From contig CAWCMR010000008.1 in NCBI GenBank assembly GCA_963796685.1, positions 576,001-640,000 on the forward strand: a stretch of 64,000 bases of DNA. The letters run 5' to 3'. The translations under genes and the position numbers were made by a program. Source of the DNA: an uncultured delta proteobacterium (GTDB lineage: Bacteria > Myxococcota_A > Polyangia > Fen-1088). Below, one piece after another: positions 8,478 to 18,772 of this stretch (positions are counted from its first letter, which is position 1; the number at the start of each line of letters is the position of its first letter). Below the pieces are notes generated by a model. It ran no database searches. It was given only the letters and a program-made list of their open reading frames with translations, and had not been told where the DNA came from.

Positions 8478-9934
8478 CGAGACAGGGCTTCCAGAAGCTG
8501 GGACTTCAGCTCCGCCTTCGTCTTCGCCACCTGCGCCAGCAGCTTCTCGTACTCCGGCAGCAGGTGGTCCACGTCGCCGGGGCCGTCGTCGGTCTGGTGC
8601 GGGTTCTTCAGGTCCAGGTTGTAGCCACCGGCTTTGATCTGGTCGATGGGCACGCGCCAGGCGCGGTCGGTTTCCTTGCGGGCGGCGAAGCCGTCACTTT
8701 CCTTGCCCCACCATTTGCGCTCGACCTCGAACTCCTCGATGCGGATGGGCTTGCCCTTGTTGTAGCTCTTGGCGCCGTCGGGGTAAGGGTGCTCGTAGTA
8801 CCAGACGGCGGTGGTCGGGGCGCCGCTGGTGAAAAACAATAGATTGGTGCGGATGCCGGTGTAGGGGTTGAACACGCCGTTGGGCAAGCGGACGATGGTG
8901 TGCAGGTTGCACTCGGAGAGCAGCTTCTCTTTGATGCGGGTCTTGACGCCTTCGCCGAACAGGGTGCCGTCGGGAAGGACCAGGCCGGCGCGGCCGCCGG
9001 GCTTGAGGATCTTCATCAGCAGCACAAGGAACAGGTCGGCGGTCTCGCGGGTGCGGAGCTCGGCGGGGAAGTTGGATTCGATGCCGTCTTCTTCCATGCC
9101 GCCGAAGGGCGGGTTGGTGACGATGACGTCCACGCGCTCTTTGGGGCTCCAGTCGCGCAGGGGGCGGGACAGGGTGTTGTCGTGGCGCACGTTGGATGGC
9201 ACCTCGATGCCGTGCAGAAGCAGGTTGGTCATGCACAGCACGTGGGGCAGGTGCTTCTTCTCGATGCCGGAGAAGCAATCCTGGATATGGCGTTCGTCGG
9301 CGGGGGTCTTGGCCTGCTTGCGCAGGTGATCGATGGCGCAGGTCAGAAAGCCTCCCGTGCCGCAGGCGGGATCCAGGATGGTCTCGCGCTTCTTCAGGCT
9401 GGGGTTGACCTGCTCGACGATGAACTGGGTCACGGCACGCGGGGTGTAGAACTCGCCCGCGTTGCCGGCGGATTGCAGGTCCTTGAGGATCTTCTCGTAG
9501 ATGTCGCCGAACATGTGGCGGTCATCGGTGGCGTTGAAGTCGATGCCATTGATCTTGTTGATCACCTGGCGCATCAGGGTGCCGTTCTTCATGTAGTTGT
9601 TGGCATCCTCGAAGGTCATGCGCACCAGACCCGCGATCTTGTCGGCCCCGCCGGAAAGCGCCTTCAGCTTGGGCAGCAGGGTGTTGTTGACGAAGTCCAG
9701 CAGGGCATCGCCGGTGATGCCTTCTTCATCGGTGGCCCACGATGACCAGCGCAGGTGCTTGGGCAGGGGCGAGCGGTAGTCGTCACGAAGTGCGACCAGC
9801 TCTTTCTCGTGGTCGTCGAAGATCTTCAGGAAGAACATCCAGCCAAGTTGCTCCAGGCGCTGGGCGTCGCCGTAGGTGCCGGCGTCCTTGCGCATGATGT
9901 CCTGGATGGATTTGACGAGGTTTGAAACGGACAT
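8474..9934 (-). CDS. hsdM: Type I R-M N6-adenine methyltransferase subunit
   Basis: GEFYTPR, DPACGTGGFL and NPPF motifs. Confidence 0.97.
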   Translation of the reverse strand: MSVSNLVKSIQDIMRKDAGTYGDAQRLEQLGWMFFLKIFDDHEKELVALRDDYRSPLPKHLRWSSWATDEEGITGDALLDFVNNTLLPKLKALSGGADKIAGLVRMTFEDANNYMKNGTLMRQVINKINGIDFNATDDRHMFGDIYEKILKDLQSAGNAGEFYTPRAVTQFIVEQVNPSLKKRETILDPACGTGGFLTCAIDHLRKQAKTPADERHIQDCFSGIEKKHLPHVLCMTNLLLHGIEVPSNVRHDNTLSRPLRDWSPKERVDVIVTNPPFGGMEEDGIESNFPAELRTRETADLFLVLLMKILKPGGRAGLVLPDGTLFGEGVKTRIKEKLLSECNLHTIVRLPNGVFNPYTGIRTNLLFFTSGAPTTAVWYYEHPYPDGAKSYNKGKPIRIEEFEVERKWWGKESDGFAARKETDRAWRVPIDQIKAGGYNLDLKNPHQTDDGPGDVDHLLPEYEKLLAQVAKTKAELKSQLLEALSR

Positions 9935-9937
9935 GGT

Positions 9938-12310
9938 CTAGGCGGCTTTCTGATAGAGGGCGGTTTCGATGTCGTGGATGGCGGCAAGATAGCCGGACTT
10001 GCCGCCGAACAAGCCCAGGATCTCCATGGGCGTGCCGAACTTGGTCAGCGGATCGACTTTGAGGATCTCGATAGACTCCACGCTGCGCAGGCCGGCGTCG
10101 GCGTACTTGTCCAGCAAGGCTTCAAGGATTGCGCGTGCCCTGTCGCCGTACTTGCCGAAGAGGTTGCGCTTCCTGACGTTGTTGGCTCGCTCGCGCCGGG
10201 TCAGCGGCGGCTGGTCAAAGGCCACGTGGCAGACCAGATCGAAGGGATCCAGCTCGACGCCGATCTGCTCGGCCAGCTCGTCCAGGAAGATCCCTTTGGT
10301 GGCCAGCTCGTCCACCAGGGCTTGCTTACGCTCGGCTGCGGTCCACTCGGTTAGGAAGGCGTCGAGGGAGGCGTAGGCCTTGCGCACGGCCTTGCGGGTG
10401 AAGTCCTTGAGCGATTCGGTGATCAGCTTGCCGTCGGCGTCCAGGTACTGCACGCGCTCGGTGGCGATGCGGACCTCCACGTCGTCGACGTAGTACTTGG
10501 TGGGCTTGGTGGCTCCGCTGCCATCCATGTCGGCGTCCCCGTCGTTCCATCGTGCGTCGGGTGCATCTGGGCGGATGTCGGCGGGCTCCGGTTCGCCGGT
10601 GACTTCGTCGGGGGGCACGGGCGTGTCGTGTTCGCCGGGCACGTAGATTTGCACCGGCTCGCCATCGAAGTCGGGATCGGCGAACAGCGCGGTGGCGTGG
10701 CGGAAGTCCATGATGGTGAAGTAGAACTTCTGGTAGTCCTCGTTGATGCGGGTGCCGCGGCCGATGATCTGTTTGAACTCGGTCATCGAGGCGATGCGGC
10801 GGTCGAGCACGATCAGGTGGCAGGTCTGGGCATCGACGCCGGTGCTCATCAGGCGCGAGGTGCAGGCGATGACGGGAAACGGCTCGGCCGGGTCGATGAA
10901 GTTGTCGAGTTGGGCCTTGCCCTCGTCGTTGTCGCCGGTGATGCGCATGACGTAGCGGGGGTTGGCGGCGGCCAGGTCGGGGTTGCAGTTCACCAGGGCC
11001 ATGCGCATGCGTTCGGCATGGTCGACGTTTTCGCAGAACACGATGGTCTTGGCGAAGCGGCTGGTGGCGTGCAGGAACTCGGTGATTCGGCCGGCCACGC
11101 AGCGGGTGCGGCGGTCAAGGATCAAGGTCTTGTCGTAGTCGATCTGGTTGTATTCGCGGTCGGCAATCTCGTGGCCGTAGCGGTCGGTCTGGCCCTTCTC
11201 GGGGCGCCAGCCGTCGAGATCCTTGTCGAGGCCGATGCGCACAACCTTGTAGGGGGCCAGGAACCCGTCGGAGATGCCCTGCTTGAGCGAGTAGGTGTAG
11301 ATGGGCTCGCCGAAGTAATCGATGTTGGAGACTTCTTTGGTTTCCTTGGGCGTGGCGGTCATGCCGATCTGCGTGGCCGACGAAAAGTATTCCAGGATCT
11401 TGCGCCAGGCCGCATCGTCGGCGGCGCTGCCCCGGTGGCACTCGTCGATGAAGACCAGGTCGAAGAAGTCGGGCGAGAACTGCTTGTAGATGTTCTGCTC
11501 TTCCTCGGTGCCGCTGACCGCCTGGTAGAGCGACAGGTAGATCTCGTAGGCCTTGTCCGCGGTGCGGTTGGTGACCTTGGTCATCGCCTTGCCGAAGGGC
11601 TTGAAGTCGTTGGTCTTGGTCTGATCGGCCAGGATGTTGCGGTCGACCAGGAACAGGATCCGTTTCTTGGCGCCGGACTTCCACAGGCGCCAGATGATCT
11701 GAAAGGCGGTGTAGGTCTTGCCGGTGCCCGTGGCCATGACCAGCAACACTCGGTCCTCGCCGCGGGCCACCGCTTCGACGGTGCGGTTGATGGCGATGTT
11801 CTGGTAATAGCGGGGCGACTTGCCGGAGCCGTCGTCGTAGTAGTCCTGGGTGGTGACGGCTTCCTGCTTGGGGGTCAGGCCCTTGGCCGCGCAGTAGCGG
11901 GCCCACAGGTCGGCGGGTGACGGGAAGCGGTCCATGGGCAGCGGGCGCTCCACGGTGCCGGCGGTCTGGGTGCGGTCGTGTTCCAGGAATTCGTCACCGT
12001 TCGAGCTGAAGGCGAAGGGGACGTCCAGGATGTCGGCGTATTCCAGGGCCTGGGCCATGCCCGAGGCGGCGGTGTGGTTGTTGTCTTTGGCCTCGATGAC
12101 GGCGATGGGCAGGTTGGGCTTGTAGAACAGCAGGTAGTCGGCCTTGTTGGCTTCGCCGCGCGCCACGGTCTTGCCGCGAACCATGATCCGGCCCTTGGTG
12201 AAGTAGGCTTCCTCGCGAAGCTGGGTCATGAGATCCCACCCGCTGGCGACCAGCGCCGGGGTGATGAACTTGGTTCGGATGTCCGCTTCGGTGAGGTCTT
12301 TCTTGTTCAC
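9938..12310 (-). CDS. hsdR: Type I restriction enzyme R subunit (EcoAI/EcoEI-like)
   Basis: ADYLL...IEAK nuclease motif, MATGTGKT, DECHRG, QIIGRGTR, EcoEI-R-like C-terminus. Confidence 0.97.
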   Translation of the reverse strand: MNKKDLTEADIRTKFITPALVASGWDLMTQLREEAYFTKGRIMVRGKTVARGEANKADYLLFYKPNLPIAVIEAKDNNHTAASGMAQALEYADILDVPFAFSSNGDEFLEHDRTQTAGTVERPLPMDRFPSPADLWARYCAAKGLTPKQEAVTTQDYYDDGSGKSPRYYQNIAINRTVEAVARGEDRVLLVMATGTGKTYTAFQIIWRLWKSGAKKRILFLVDRNILADQTKTNDFKPFGKAMTKVTNRTADKAYEIYLSLYQAVSGTEEEQNIYKQFSPDFFDLVFIDECHRGSAADDAAWRKILEYFSSATQIGMTATPKETKEVSNIDYFGEPIYTYSLKQGISDGFLAPYKVVRIGLDKDLDGWRPEKGQTDRYGHEIADREYNQIDYDKTLILDRRTRCVAGRITEFLHATSRFAKTIVFCENVDHAERMRMALVNCNPDLAAANPRYVMRITGDNDEGKAQLDNFIDPAEPFPVIACTSRLMSTGVDAQTCHLIVLDRRIASMTEFKQIIGRGTRINEDYQKFYFTIMDFRHATALFADPDFDGEPVQIYVPGEHDTPVPPDEVTGEPEPADIRPDAPDARWNDGDADMDGSGATKPTKYYVDDVEVRIATERVQYLDADGKLITESLKDFTRKAVRKAYASLDAFLTEWTAAERKQALVDELATKGIFLDELAEQIGVELDPFDLVCHVAFDQPPLTRRERANNVRKRNLFGKYGDRARAILEALLDKYADAGLRSVESIEILKVDPLTKFGTPMEILGLFGGKSGYLAAIHDIETALYQKAA

Positions 12311-12534
12311 AGATCACCGCGTGCCCATGTCGGATAGAGACAGCACGAATTGTCGACCAGTTATGACTGGAAGGCAAACGGTGCCTCCTACGATTCCGAC
12401 GATGGAGGACTACGAACCCTCATCTTGACGCGCCACGCGCGCCGGGTGGCTGTCGAACCCCGAATCGACGGGGCGATGGCGATGCTGCTATAGACGATTG
12501 TCTGCCCGAGCCCAAGGAACTAGGATGCGATGGC

Positions 12535-13533
12535 ATGAGCATGAGGCGAGCACTGGGCTGGCTCCTTCTCGACACGAACCGAAGCGACCTCTGTGTATTC
12601 AACGCTGGTTACACTGCCACAGTGAATGGAGCCCGCGTGCAAGTCACCCCGTGGGACTATACCTTCCCCGACAACCTCCCACAGACCTGTTCGACGTTGC
12701 TGCGCCAGAACGTCACGTCGGGGGAGGTCATACGACTCGAAGCTCCTTGCCAGGTCGACGCAGGGATGTGCCAGGACTTCGTGGACGAGTGCGTTCCGCC
12801 CGGCACATATCGCTATGGGTGCGAGATCCCGTTCAAGAACACGGGGGCTTATTGTTCTATCCAATTCTATACCGAGGTGACGGTGACCGGCGGCTCACAG
12901 GCGGATTGCCTCAGCGACGGCAGCCAGCCCGCACCGGTCAGCCCCGAGGTCGTCCCCTGGCCGTCGGGATGCCAGTACGTCTACCGATATCTTGGGACCG
13001 CCGATGATCCGGGCCAGTGCCGCCCGCACGACGGAGCCGTGATTGACACCATTCTCGCCGACCAATACCAGCCATCGGACGGAGAACCATTGGACAATGC
13101 TGACGCATCATCGCCACTGGAGGCGGACGCGAGAGACGGCCTGGAGGTCTTGGTTTCCGGTCAAGGCGCGGCCGAGGACGGGGGCGACGAGTGGATGCTC
13201 ATCGACGCCGCCACCTTGCCGCCGGCAGATGGCCTCGACGAGCCGCCTGTCGAGTGCTGCCGAGACACAGCCGCCGCGTTGGACGTGCAAGAGCCATTGG
13301 CAACACCAGATGCGTTCACGTCGCTCCCGCCCTCCCCTGGCCACGCCACGCTTCGAAACGGCGGCGCGTGCGAGTGCGGGCTCGGAGACCAGCAGTCGAC
13401 GAATGGGGTAGAACCATTGACCTGGATCGCGCTCGGGCTGGTTTGCCTTTGGCGTTGTGGTGAGAAGAGGTTGCGGAAGAAGCGCCAGCCGCGAGGCCAC
13501 CGTGCAGAGCGCGCACAAGCCTCTACGCGTTAA
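12535..13533 (+). CDS. Cys-rich surface protein with MYXO-CTERM-like C-terminal anchor
   Basis: Cys-rich N-domain, acidic linker, then GGACECGLG...LTWIALGLVCLWR followed by a basic tail. Start uncertain. Confidence 0.55.
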   Translation: MSMRRALGWLLLDTNRSDLCVFNAGYTATVNGARVQVTPWDYTFPDNLPQTCSTLLRQNVTSGEVIRLEAPCQVDAGMCQDFVDECVPPGTYRYGCEIPFKNTGAYCSIQFYTEVTVTGGSQADCLSDGSQPAPVSPEVVPWPSGCQYVYRYLGTADDPGQCRPHDGAVIDTILADQYQPSDGEPLDNADASSPLEADARDGLEVLVSGQGAAEDGGDEWMLIDAATLPPADGLDEPPVECCRDTAAALDVQEPLATPDAFTSLPPSPGHATLRNGGACECGLGDQQSTNGVEPLTWIALGLVCLWRCGEKRLRKKRQPRGHRAERAQASTR

Positions 13534-14436
13534 CGCACTCCTTCAATTCGGGCTGGTCGCGGTCCTCCACCAAGGGGCCGGCAAGCACCGACGCTGGCGG
13601 GCGCTGCAGATCCCAAATCAACCCGACCTTTGCCAGACCGAGCAGCACCAGGTAGGTCACGTCGAGCTTCCCACCAGAAGAAGCCCTGGTTGGCCGCGCT
13701 CGGATAGTGGTGGTGGTTGTTGTGCCAACCCTCGCCGGTGGTGAGGATGGCCAGCAGCCATTGGTTTCGCGAGTTGTCCTTGGTGGCGTAGCGGCGCTTG
13801 CCGAACATGTGGGTCAGGGAATTGATGGCGAACGAACCGTGCCAGAGCAGGACCGTGGACACCATGAAGCCCCATACCAAGCCGTGCACGCCGCCGACGA
13901 GGAGAAATGCCAGCCCCAGCAGCGCGGCCGGCAGGAAGCTGATGCCGGGGCGACTCAGGAAGCGAAGCTCGGGGTACTTGGCAAGGTCGGGAACGAGCTT
14001 GAGGTTGACCCTCCAATTGTCTTTCAGAGATCCAGCCCACGTGCGCGTGCCAGAAGCCCTGCTGTTTGACCGAGTGCAAATCGAGCGGGGTGTCCGAGTA
14101 CCGGTGGTGCCAGCGGTGGTGGCTGGCCCACCACAGGACATCGCTTTGCGCGGCGCTTTGCGCCGCTACGGCGAGCAGGAATTGAAACACGCGCGAGGTG
14201 CGAAACGCGCGGTGGGAGAAGTAACGGTGATACCCGGCCGTGACCACCACCATGCGCACGTAGTAGACGCCGAGGGCGAGGGCGAATCCGCTCCACGACC
14301 ATCCCCCGAAAATGACTCCGACCGCCGCGACCAGATGAACCAGGACCAAGAGAATCATCGTGGGACGAATGATGCATCCCGACGACTTGGGCAAATCCGA
14401 AGATGCTTGATGAAGGCTTTTGCTTGAACCATCCAT
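13523..14436 (-). CDS. Acyl-CoA/acyl-lipid delta-9-type fatty acid desaturase (frameshifts near 14028 and 13668, probably artefacts)
   Basis: His boxes HRYFSH, HRWHH and GEGWHNNHH spread over three frames. Continues LDVTYLVLLGLAKVGLIWDL. Confidence 0.88.
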
Positions 14437-14493
14437 AAGTTAGGTATGAAAGGCTCCGTGTCAGCGAGCGACCACGGTTAGGTCACAACGATG

Positions 14494-15159
14494 TCAGCTT
14501 GGCCCTCCTCGCAAGGCGCGCAACACAGCCTCCAACTCCGCGGGCAAGGGCGAGCCGATGTCGAGCGGACCACCCTCGACCGGGTGGGGCAAGCGCAAGC
14601 GCGTGGCGTGCAAGAACAGGCGATGCAGGCCATGGCGCTCGCGAAACAGGCGGTTGTGCTCGCCCTTGCCGTAGTTGACATCGCCGATGAGCGGACACGA
14701 GATGTGCTTGAGGTGTCGCCGCACCTGGTGCAGCCGCCCGGTCAGCGGTCGCGCCTCGACCAGGCTGTAGCGACCGAAGACCTCGCGAAGGACGATCCTC
14801 GTTTGGGCCGCGACCCGCGGCGCGTGGCTGTCCTCGCCCGGCGGCAGCGGGTGATCGATCACCATCTCGGCGGGCGGAACGCCGCGAACCAGGGCAAGAT
14901 AGGTCTTCTCCGCCTGGCCCGCGGCGAACGATGCGCACGCCCGCGCCGCCATGTCGGCGGACAGGGCGAACAGCAGCACGCCGCTGGTGGCCCGATCCAG
15001 ACGGTGCACGGGAAACACTCGCGCGCCGATCTGGTCGCGCAGGCGCGACACGGCCACGTCGCGCTCCCGGGCCCAGCCGCGATGAACCGCCAGCCCCGAT
15101 GGCTTGTCCACCGCGAGCAAGCTGTCGTCTCTAAAGAGGATGACCAGCCCGCCGTGCAT
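14494..15159 (-). CDS. RluA/TruC-family pseudouridine synthase
   Basis: VDKPSGLAVH, HRLDRATSG, TGRLHQVR, LIGDVNYG, LFLHA. Confidence 0.92.
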   Translation of the reverse strand: MHGGLVILFRDDSLLAVDKPSGLAVHRGWARERDVAVSRLRDQIGARVFPVHRLDRATSGVLLFALSADMAARACASFAAGQAEKTYLALVRGVPPAEMVIDHPLPPGEDSHAPRVAAQTRIVLREVFGRYSLVEARPLTGRLHQVRRHLKHISCPLIGDVNYGKGEHNRLFRERHGLHRLFLHATRLRLPHPVEGGPLDIGSPLPAELEAVLRALRGGPS

Positions 15160-15163
15160 GGAT

Positions 15164-16318
15164 CTAGAAGTGATCCTCGCTGTGGTAGGAGGAGATCGAG
15201 GCGCGACTGCGGGCCGCGATGGCCTCGTCCCAAGGCGCCACCTGCCAATTGTCCTGTCGTTTTTCAGGATACAGCCACGGCGGCAGCGGAATGAGCAGGC
15301 TGTGCGCCAGGGCCTGGACGTAGGGCTCGTACATCGCGCGCAAGGCAGCGAGTCTTTCAACCGTGTCGGCGCCCTCGCCAAGTCTCAGGTTTCTGTCGGC
15401 AAGCGCCTTCCGCAAGCGCGCCAATTCCTCCGCCGGCAGCCGGTCGGGCAAGCTCGGATCGTACGTGGTGCGCACCACTTGGGAAAGATCCACGACCGCG
15501 TGCCTGGCCATGGCGAAGGTCACCTTGGCCTGCTCGCTGGGAATGCCGTCGAGCCCCACGATGACCAGCGTGGTCGCATCCAGGATGGTGGTCAGCGCCG
15601 CGAGCCAGGATTGGTTGTTGTGTTGCGAGCGGAAGAAGCTGAGCACGGGATAGGAGAGATGGCTCTCCAAAACTTCGGCGGACCAACGCTCCCAGGCGTG
15701 AAAGATCCGGTCCAGGCCGTCGTGTGGCGGACACTGGCAGTAGCGCCGCAAGAGCTCGGCGGCGGTCGGGGGGGAGCCGGCGCGTGCGTCCAGCAAGGAG
15801 ATCTCGATTTCGCGACGAGAGAAGGCCGAATAGATCGTCGGCAGGTAGCCGATGACGATACCCAGGAAGGCAAAGCCCATCCCGGATTCCAGCACGGCCA
15901 CGAAACGCGACGGGCCCGAGTCGGGAATGATATCGCCATACCCGAGCGTGAAGAAGGTCTCGCCACTCTGGTAGAGCAACAGCCCGAAGCTCGGGCGCGC
16001 GTTCGACAGCAGCAGGTGCGCGCCCGCCCCGTACTGCACGAGCGCGAAGCCCAGGATGAGGCCGGCAGCCCACAGCGCGAGCAGAAAAATCAGCGACAGC
16101 GGCCCGTAGTAACCGAGCACGGATTCGCGACGGGACTGCGACTCGAGCCGCCTGCTCAGGGCGGCCCACGGGCCCCAGGTCAGCCGGTAGTACCAGGCGG
16201 TCAAGCGGAACAGGCCGCGCACGCGCCTCGGCAGAACCACGGTTTCGAGCGCGTCCAGCAGGACGGCCAGCAGCACCAGTAGCCCGGCGAGGGTGAGAGC
16301 GATACGCAAGACCAGCAT
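15164..16318 (-). CDS. Potassium channel family protein (Ion_trans_2)
   Basis: TM helices with selectivity filter TLGYGD. Confidence 0.88.
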   Translation of the reverse strand: MLVLRIALTLAGLLVLLAVLLDALETVVLPRRVRGLFRLTAWYYRLTWGPWAALSRRLESQSRRESVLGYYGPLSLIFLLALWAAGLILGFALVQYGAGAHLLLSNARPSFGLLLYQSGETFFTLGYGDIIPDSGPSRFVAVLESGMGFAFLGIVIGYLPTIYSAFSRREIEISLLDARAGSPPTAAELLRRYCQCPPHDGLDRIFHAWERWSAEVLESHLSYPVLSFFRSQHNNQSWLAALTTILDATTLVIVGLDGIPSEQAKVTFAMARHAVVDLSQVVRTTYDPSLPDRLPAEELARLRKALADRNLRLGEGADTVERLAALRAMYEPYVQALAHSLLIPLPPWLYPEKRQDNWQVAPWDEAIAARSRASISSYHSEDHF

Positions 16319-16393
16319 GAGGTTGCCGAATGCTAGCAGGCCGAATCAACAAAGCCTGCAAACCCCGGCCAGGTCGGGTAGCATCCTAACCCC

Positions 16394-17635
16394 GTGCCAC
16401 ACGATCATCCCCATCCACACCCGGAAACCAGTCCCTCCATCCGCGGCCCCGAGAAGCTGCCCGGCATCACCCACGTCATCGCCGTGGGCAGCGGCAAAGG
16501 GGGCGTCGGCAAGTCCACCGTCAGCGTGAACCTTGCCCTTGCCCTGCAGCAGGTCGGTGGGCGAGTCGGGCTGGTCGACGCCGATGTCCTCGGCCCCAGC
16601 ATTCCCGGCATGCTCGGCTTGCCCAGCAACCAGCCGCCCATGGCCACGGCCAACCAAACCATCCTGCCGGCCGAGCGACATGGCGTGAAGACCATGTCCA
16701 TGGGCATGCTGACCGGAGACGACAACCCGGCCATCCTTCGCGGCCCCATGGTGAACAAGTACTTGAACATGTTCATCGGCGACGTCGAGTGGGGCACGCT
16801 CGACTACCTGATCATCGATTTGCCGCCGGGAACCGGCGACACGCAGCTCACGCTGGCGCAGAACGTGCCGCTCTCGGGCGCCATCATCGTGACCACGCCG
16901 CAGGACGTGAGCCTCAAGATCGCGCGGCGCGGATTGCGCATGTTCGAGAAGGTGCAGGTGACCATCCTCGGCGTCATCGAAAACATGAGCACCTTCACCT
17001 GTCCGCACTGTGGAAAGGAGACCGATGTCTTCCGCCGCGGGGGCGGCGAGCGCATGAGCAAGGAGCTGGGCGTTCCGTTCCTGGGCTCGATCCCGCTCGA
17101 CGCCGATGTCGTCACCTGCGGCGATGCGGGCTTGCCCATCGTGCTCGAAAAGCCGAAGTCGGTCGCGGCCCAGGCCTACCTGGCCATCGCCACGGCCCTG
17201 GTTCGCCAGCTGCAAGGAATGTCGAACACGGCCTTGAAACCGTTTTCCTGGGAGTGGAACAGCGCGGACGCCGGCCCCGGTTGGGCCGAGGGTGCGACCG
17301 CCCGAGCGGGCTCGCGCACGACGGCGATCGGCCTGCGCAAAACCAATCCCAGAACCTTGTCCGTGCTGTGGGAAGACGGCCGGCAGGGCGATTTCGACGT
17401 CCGCGATCTGCGCCTGGCTTGCCCCTGCGCCCTGTGCGTGGAAGAGATGAGCGGCCGCCCGCTCCTCGATCCCAGCAAGGTGCGGCCGGACATCGCCCCG
17501 GTCACGCTCACCAGCGTGGGCAGCTACGGCATCACCATCAAGTGGAACGACGGACACAGCACCGGGATCTATTCGTACGAAAGCCTGCGCGCGCAGGCCG
17601 AAGGCGGAACGAGCGCGAGCGCCGAAGATGTCTGA
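16394..17635 (+). CDS. Mrp/NBP35 (ApbC) P-loop Fe-S carrier fused to C-terminal DUF971
   Basis: GSGKGGVGKST, DLPPGTGD, ENMS...CPHCG. C-terminal LRLACPCALC...VGSYGITIKWNDGHSTGIY. Confidence 0.92.
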   Translation: MPHDHPHPHPETSPSIRGPEKLPGITHVIAVGSGKGGVGKSTVSVNLALALQQVGGRVGLVDADVLGPSIPGMLGLPSNQPPMATANQTILPAERHGVKTMSMGMLTGDDNPAILRGPMVNKYLNMFIGDVEWGTLDYLIIDLPPGTGDTQLTLAQNVPLSGAIIVTTPQDVSLKIARRGLRMFEKVQVTILGVIENMSTFTCPHCGKETDVFRRGGGERMSKELGVPFLGSIPLDADVVTCGDAGLPIVLEKPKSVAAQAYLAIATALVRQLQGMSNTALKPFSWEWNSADAGPGWAEGATARAGSRTTAIGLRKTNPRTLSVLWEDGRQGDFDVRDLRLACPCALCVEEMSGRPLLDPSKVRPDIAPVTLTSVGSYGITIKWNDGHSTGIYSYESLRAQAEGGTSASAEDV

Positions 17636-18245
17636 AGCCCGCCCCGTGCCTCTCATCGCGATTCGCGCGGAAGTCCTGTCGGCCGACCCCGACACGTGCA
17701 AGTTCACGGTCAGCCGAACGGTTCATCCGGGCGGGCCGTTCTTCTTCGACTGTCCCGAGCGCGCCGCCGGCTCACCGCTGCCCGAGCGGCTTTTCGGGTT
17801 GGCAGGTGTCGCCCACGTGCTGGTCTCCGAGAACGTCGTCACCGTGGGCAAGGCCGCCGGAGCCGACTGGTCGCCATTGAAGGCCGCCATCGGCGCCGCC
17901 ATCCGCGCCCAGTTGCTCACGGGCGCCCCCGCGATCCTCGAAGGCGCCTCCCGGAAGGTTCACTGGGGACGCCCCGATGCCGAGGTCCGCGCCGCCATCC
18001 AGGAGCTGCTCGACGGTGAAGTCAACCGCGGCGTCGCCAGCCACGGCGGCAAGATTTCTTTGGTCGACTACCAGGACGGAAAGCTACGCATCGCCATGAG
18101 CGGAGGGTGCCAGGGATGCGCGTCCTCTCAGGTCACCTTGCGACAGAGCGTCGAGGTCATGGTGCGCCGGATCGCGCCCGAGGTGGTGGAAATCATCGAT
18201 ACGACGGATCACTCGGCCGGGAAGGCGCCGTTCTACGCCCCCTGA
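17628..18245 (+). CDS. NfuA/NifU-family Fe-S scaffold (Nfu N-domain + CXXC domain)
   Basis: SPLPERLF N-domain and HGGKI...GGCQGCASSQVTL. Confidence 0.9.
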   Translation: MSEARPVPLIAIRAEVLSADPDTCKFTVSRTVHPGGPFFFDCPERAAGSPLPERLFGLAGVAHVLVSENVVTVGKAAGADWSPLKAAIGAAIRAQLLTGAPAILEGASRKVHWGRPDAEVRAAIQELLDGEVNRGVASHGGKISLVDYQDGKLRIAMSGGCQGCASSQVTLRQSVEVMVRRIAPEVVEIIDTTDHSAGKAPFYAP

Positions 18246-18253
18246 GGCGCCGC

Positions 18254-18673
18254 TCACAACCGGGTTTCCGCCAGCTCCAAGATACGCTCGAGCTCGGGGG
18301 CCAGGATCTTCACCACGCTGATGCGCGGCTTGCGCACGACCGCCAGGTTGGCCAGCGCCTTGTCCGCCTTGAGGGTGGCGAGCGTGACGGGACGGACCAG
18401 GGTCTTGACCGGGGCCAGATCCACCGCGCACCAGTCGCCCTCCTTCGCGGTCGGATCCGCGTAGCCTTCCTTCACCACCTTGGCGAGCCCGACAATCTCT
18501 TTGCCCTCGCCCGAGTGGTAGCACAGCACGAGGTCGTCCTTCTTCATGGCGCGCAGGTTGTTGCGTGCCTCGAAGTTCCGCACCCCGTCCCAGCGCGTGT
18601 GTTTGTCGCGCAGCAAGTCTTGCCACGAATAGGTCGAGGGTTCGGTCTTCACCAGCCAGTGGTTCGTGCTCAT
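18254..18673 (-). CDS. EVE domain-containing protein
   Basis: WLVKTEP...WDGVRNFEARNNLRAMKKDD...YHS. Confidence 0.93.
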   Translation of the reverse strand: MSTNHWLVKTEPSTYSWQDLLRDKHTRWDGVRNFEARNNLRAMKKDDLVLCYHSGEGKEIVGLAKVVKEGYADPTAKEGDWCAVDLAPVKTLVRPVTLATLKADKALANLAVVRKPRISVVKILAPELERILELAETRL

Positions 18674-18772
18674 GGTCGGCAAAGTCTACCCAATGCTTTT
18701 CGAAATGCCTGCCCGCCACGGATGGGTCGACTTTGACCGCCCTCATCGTAGGCTAGGGGTTTGCGGACCGCG

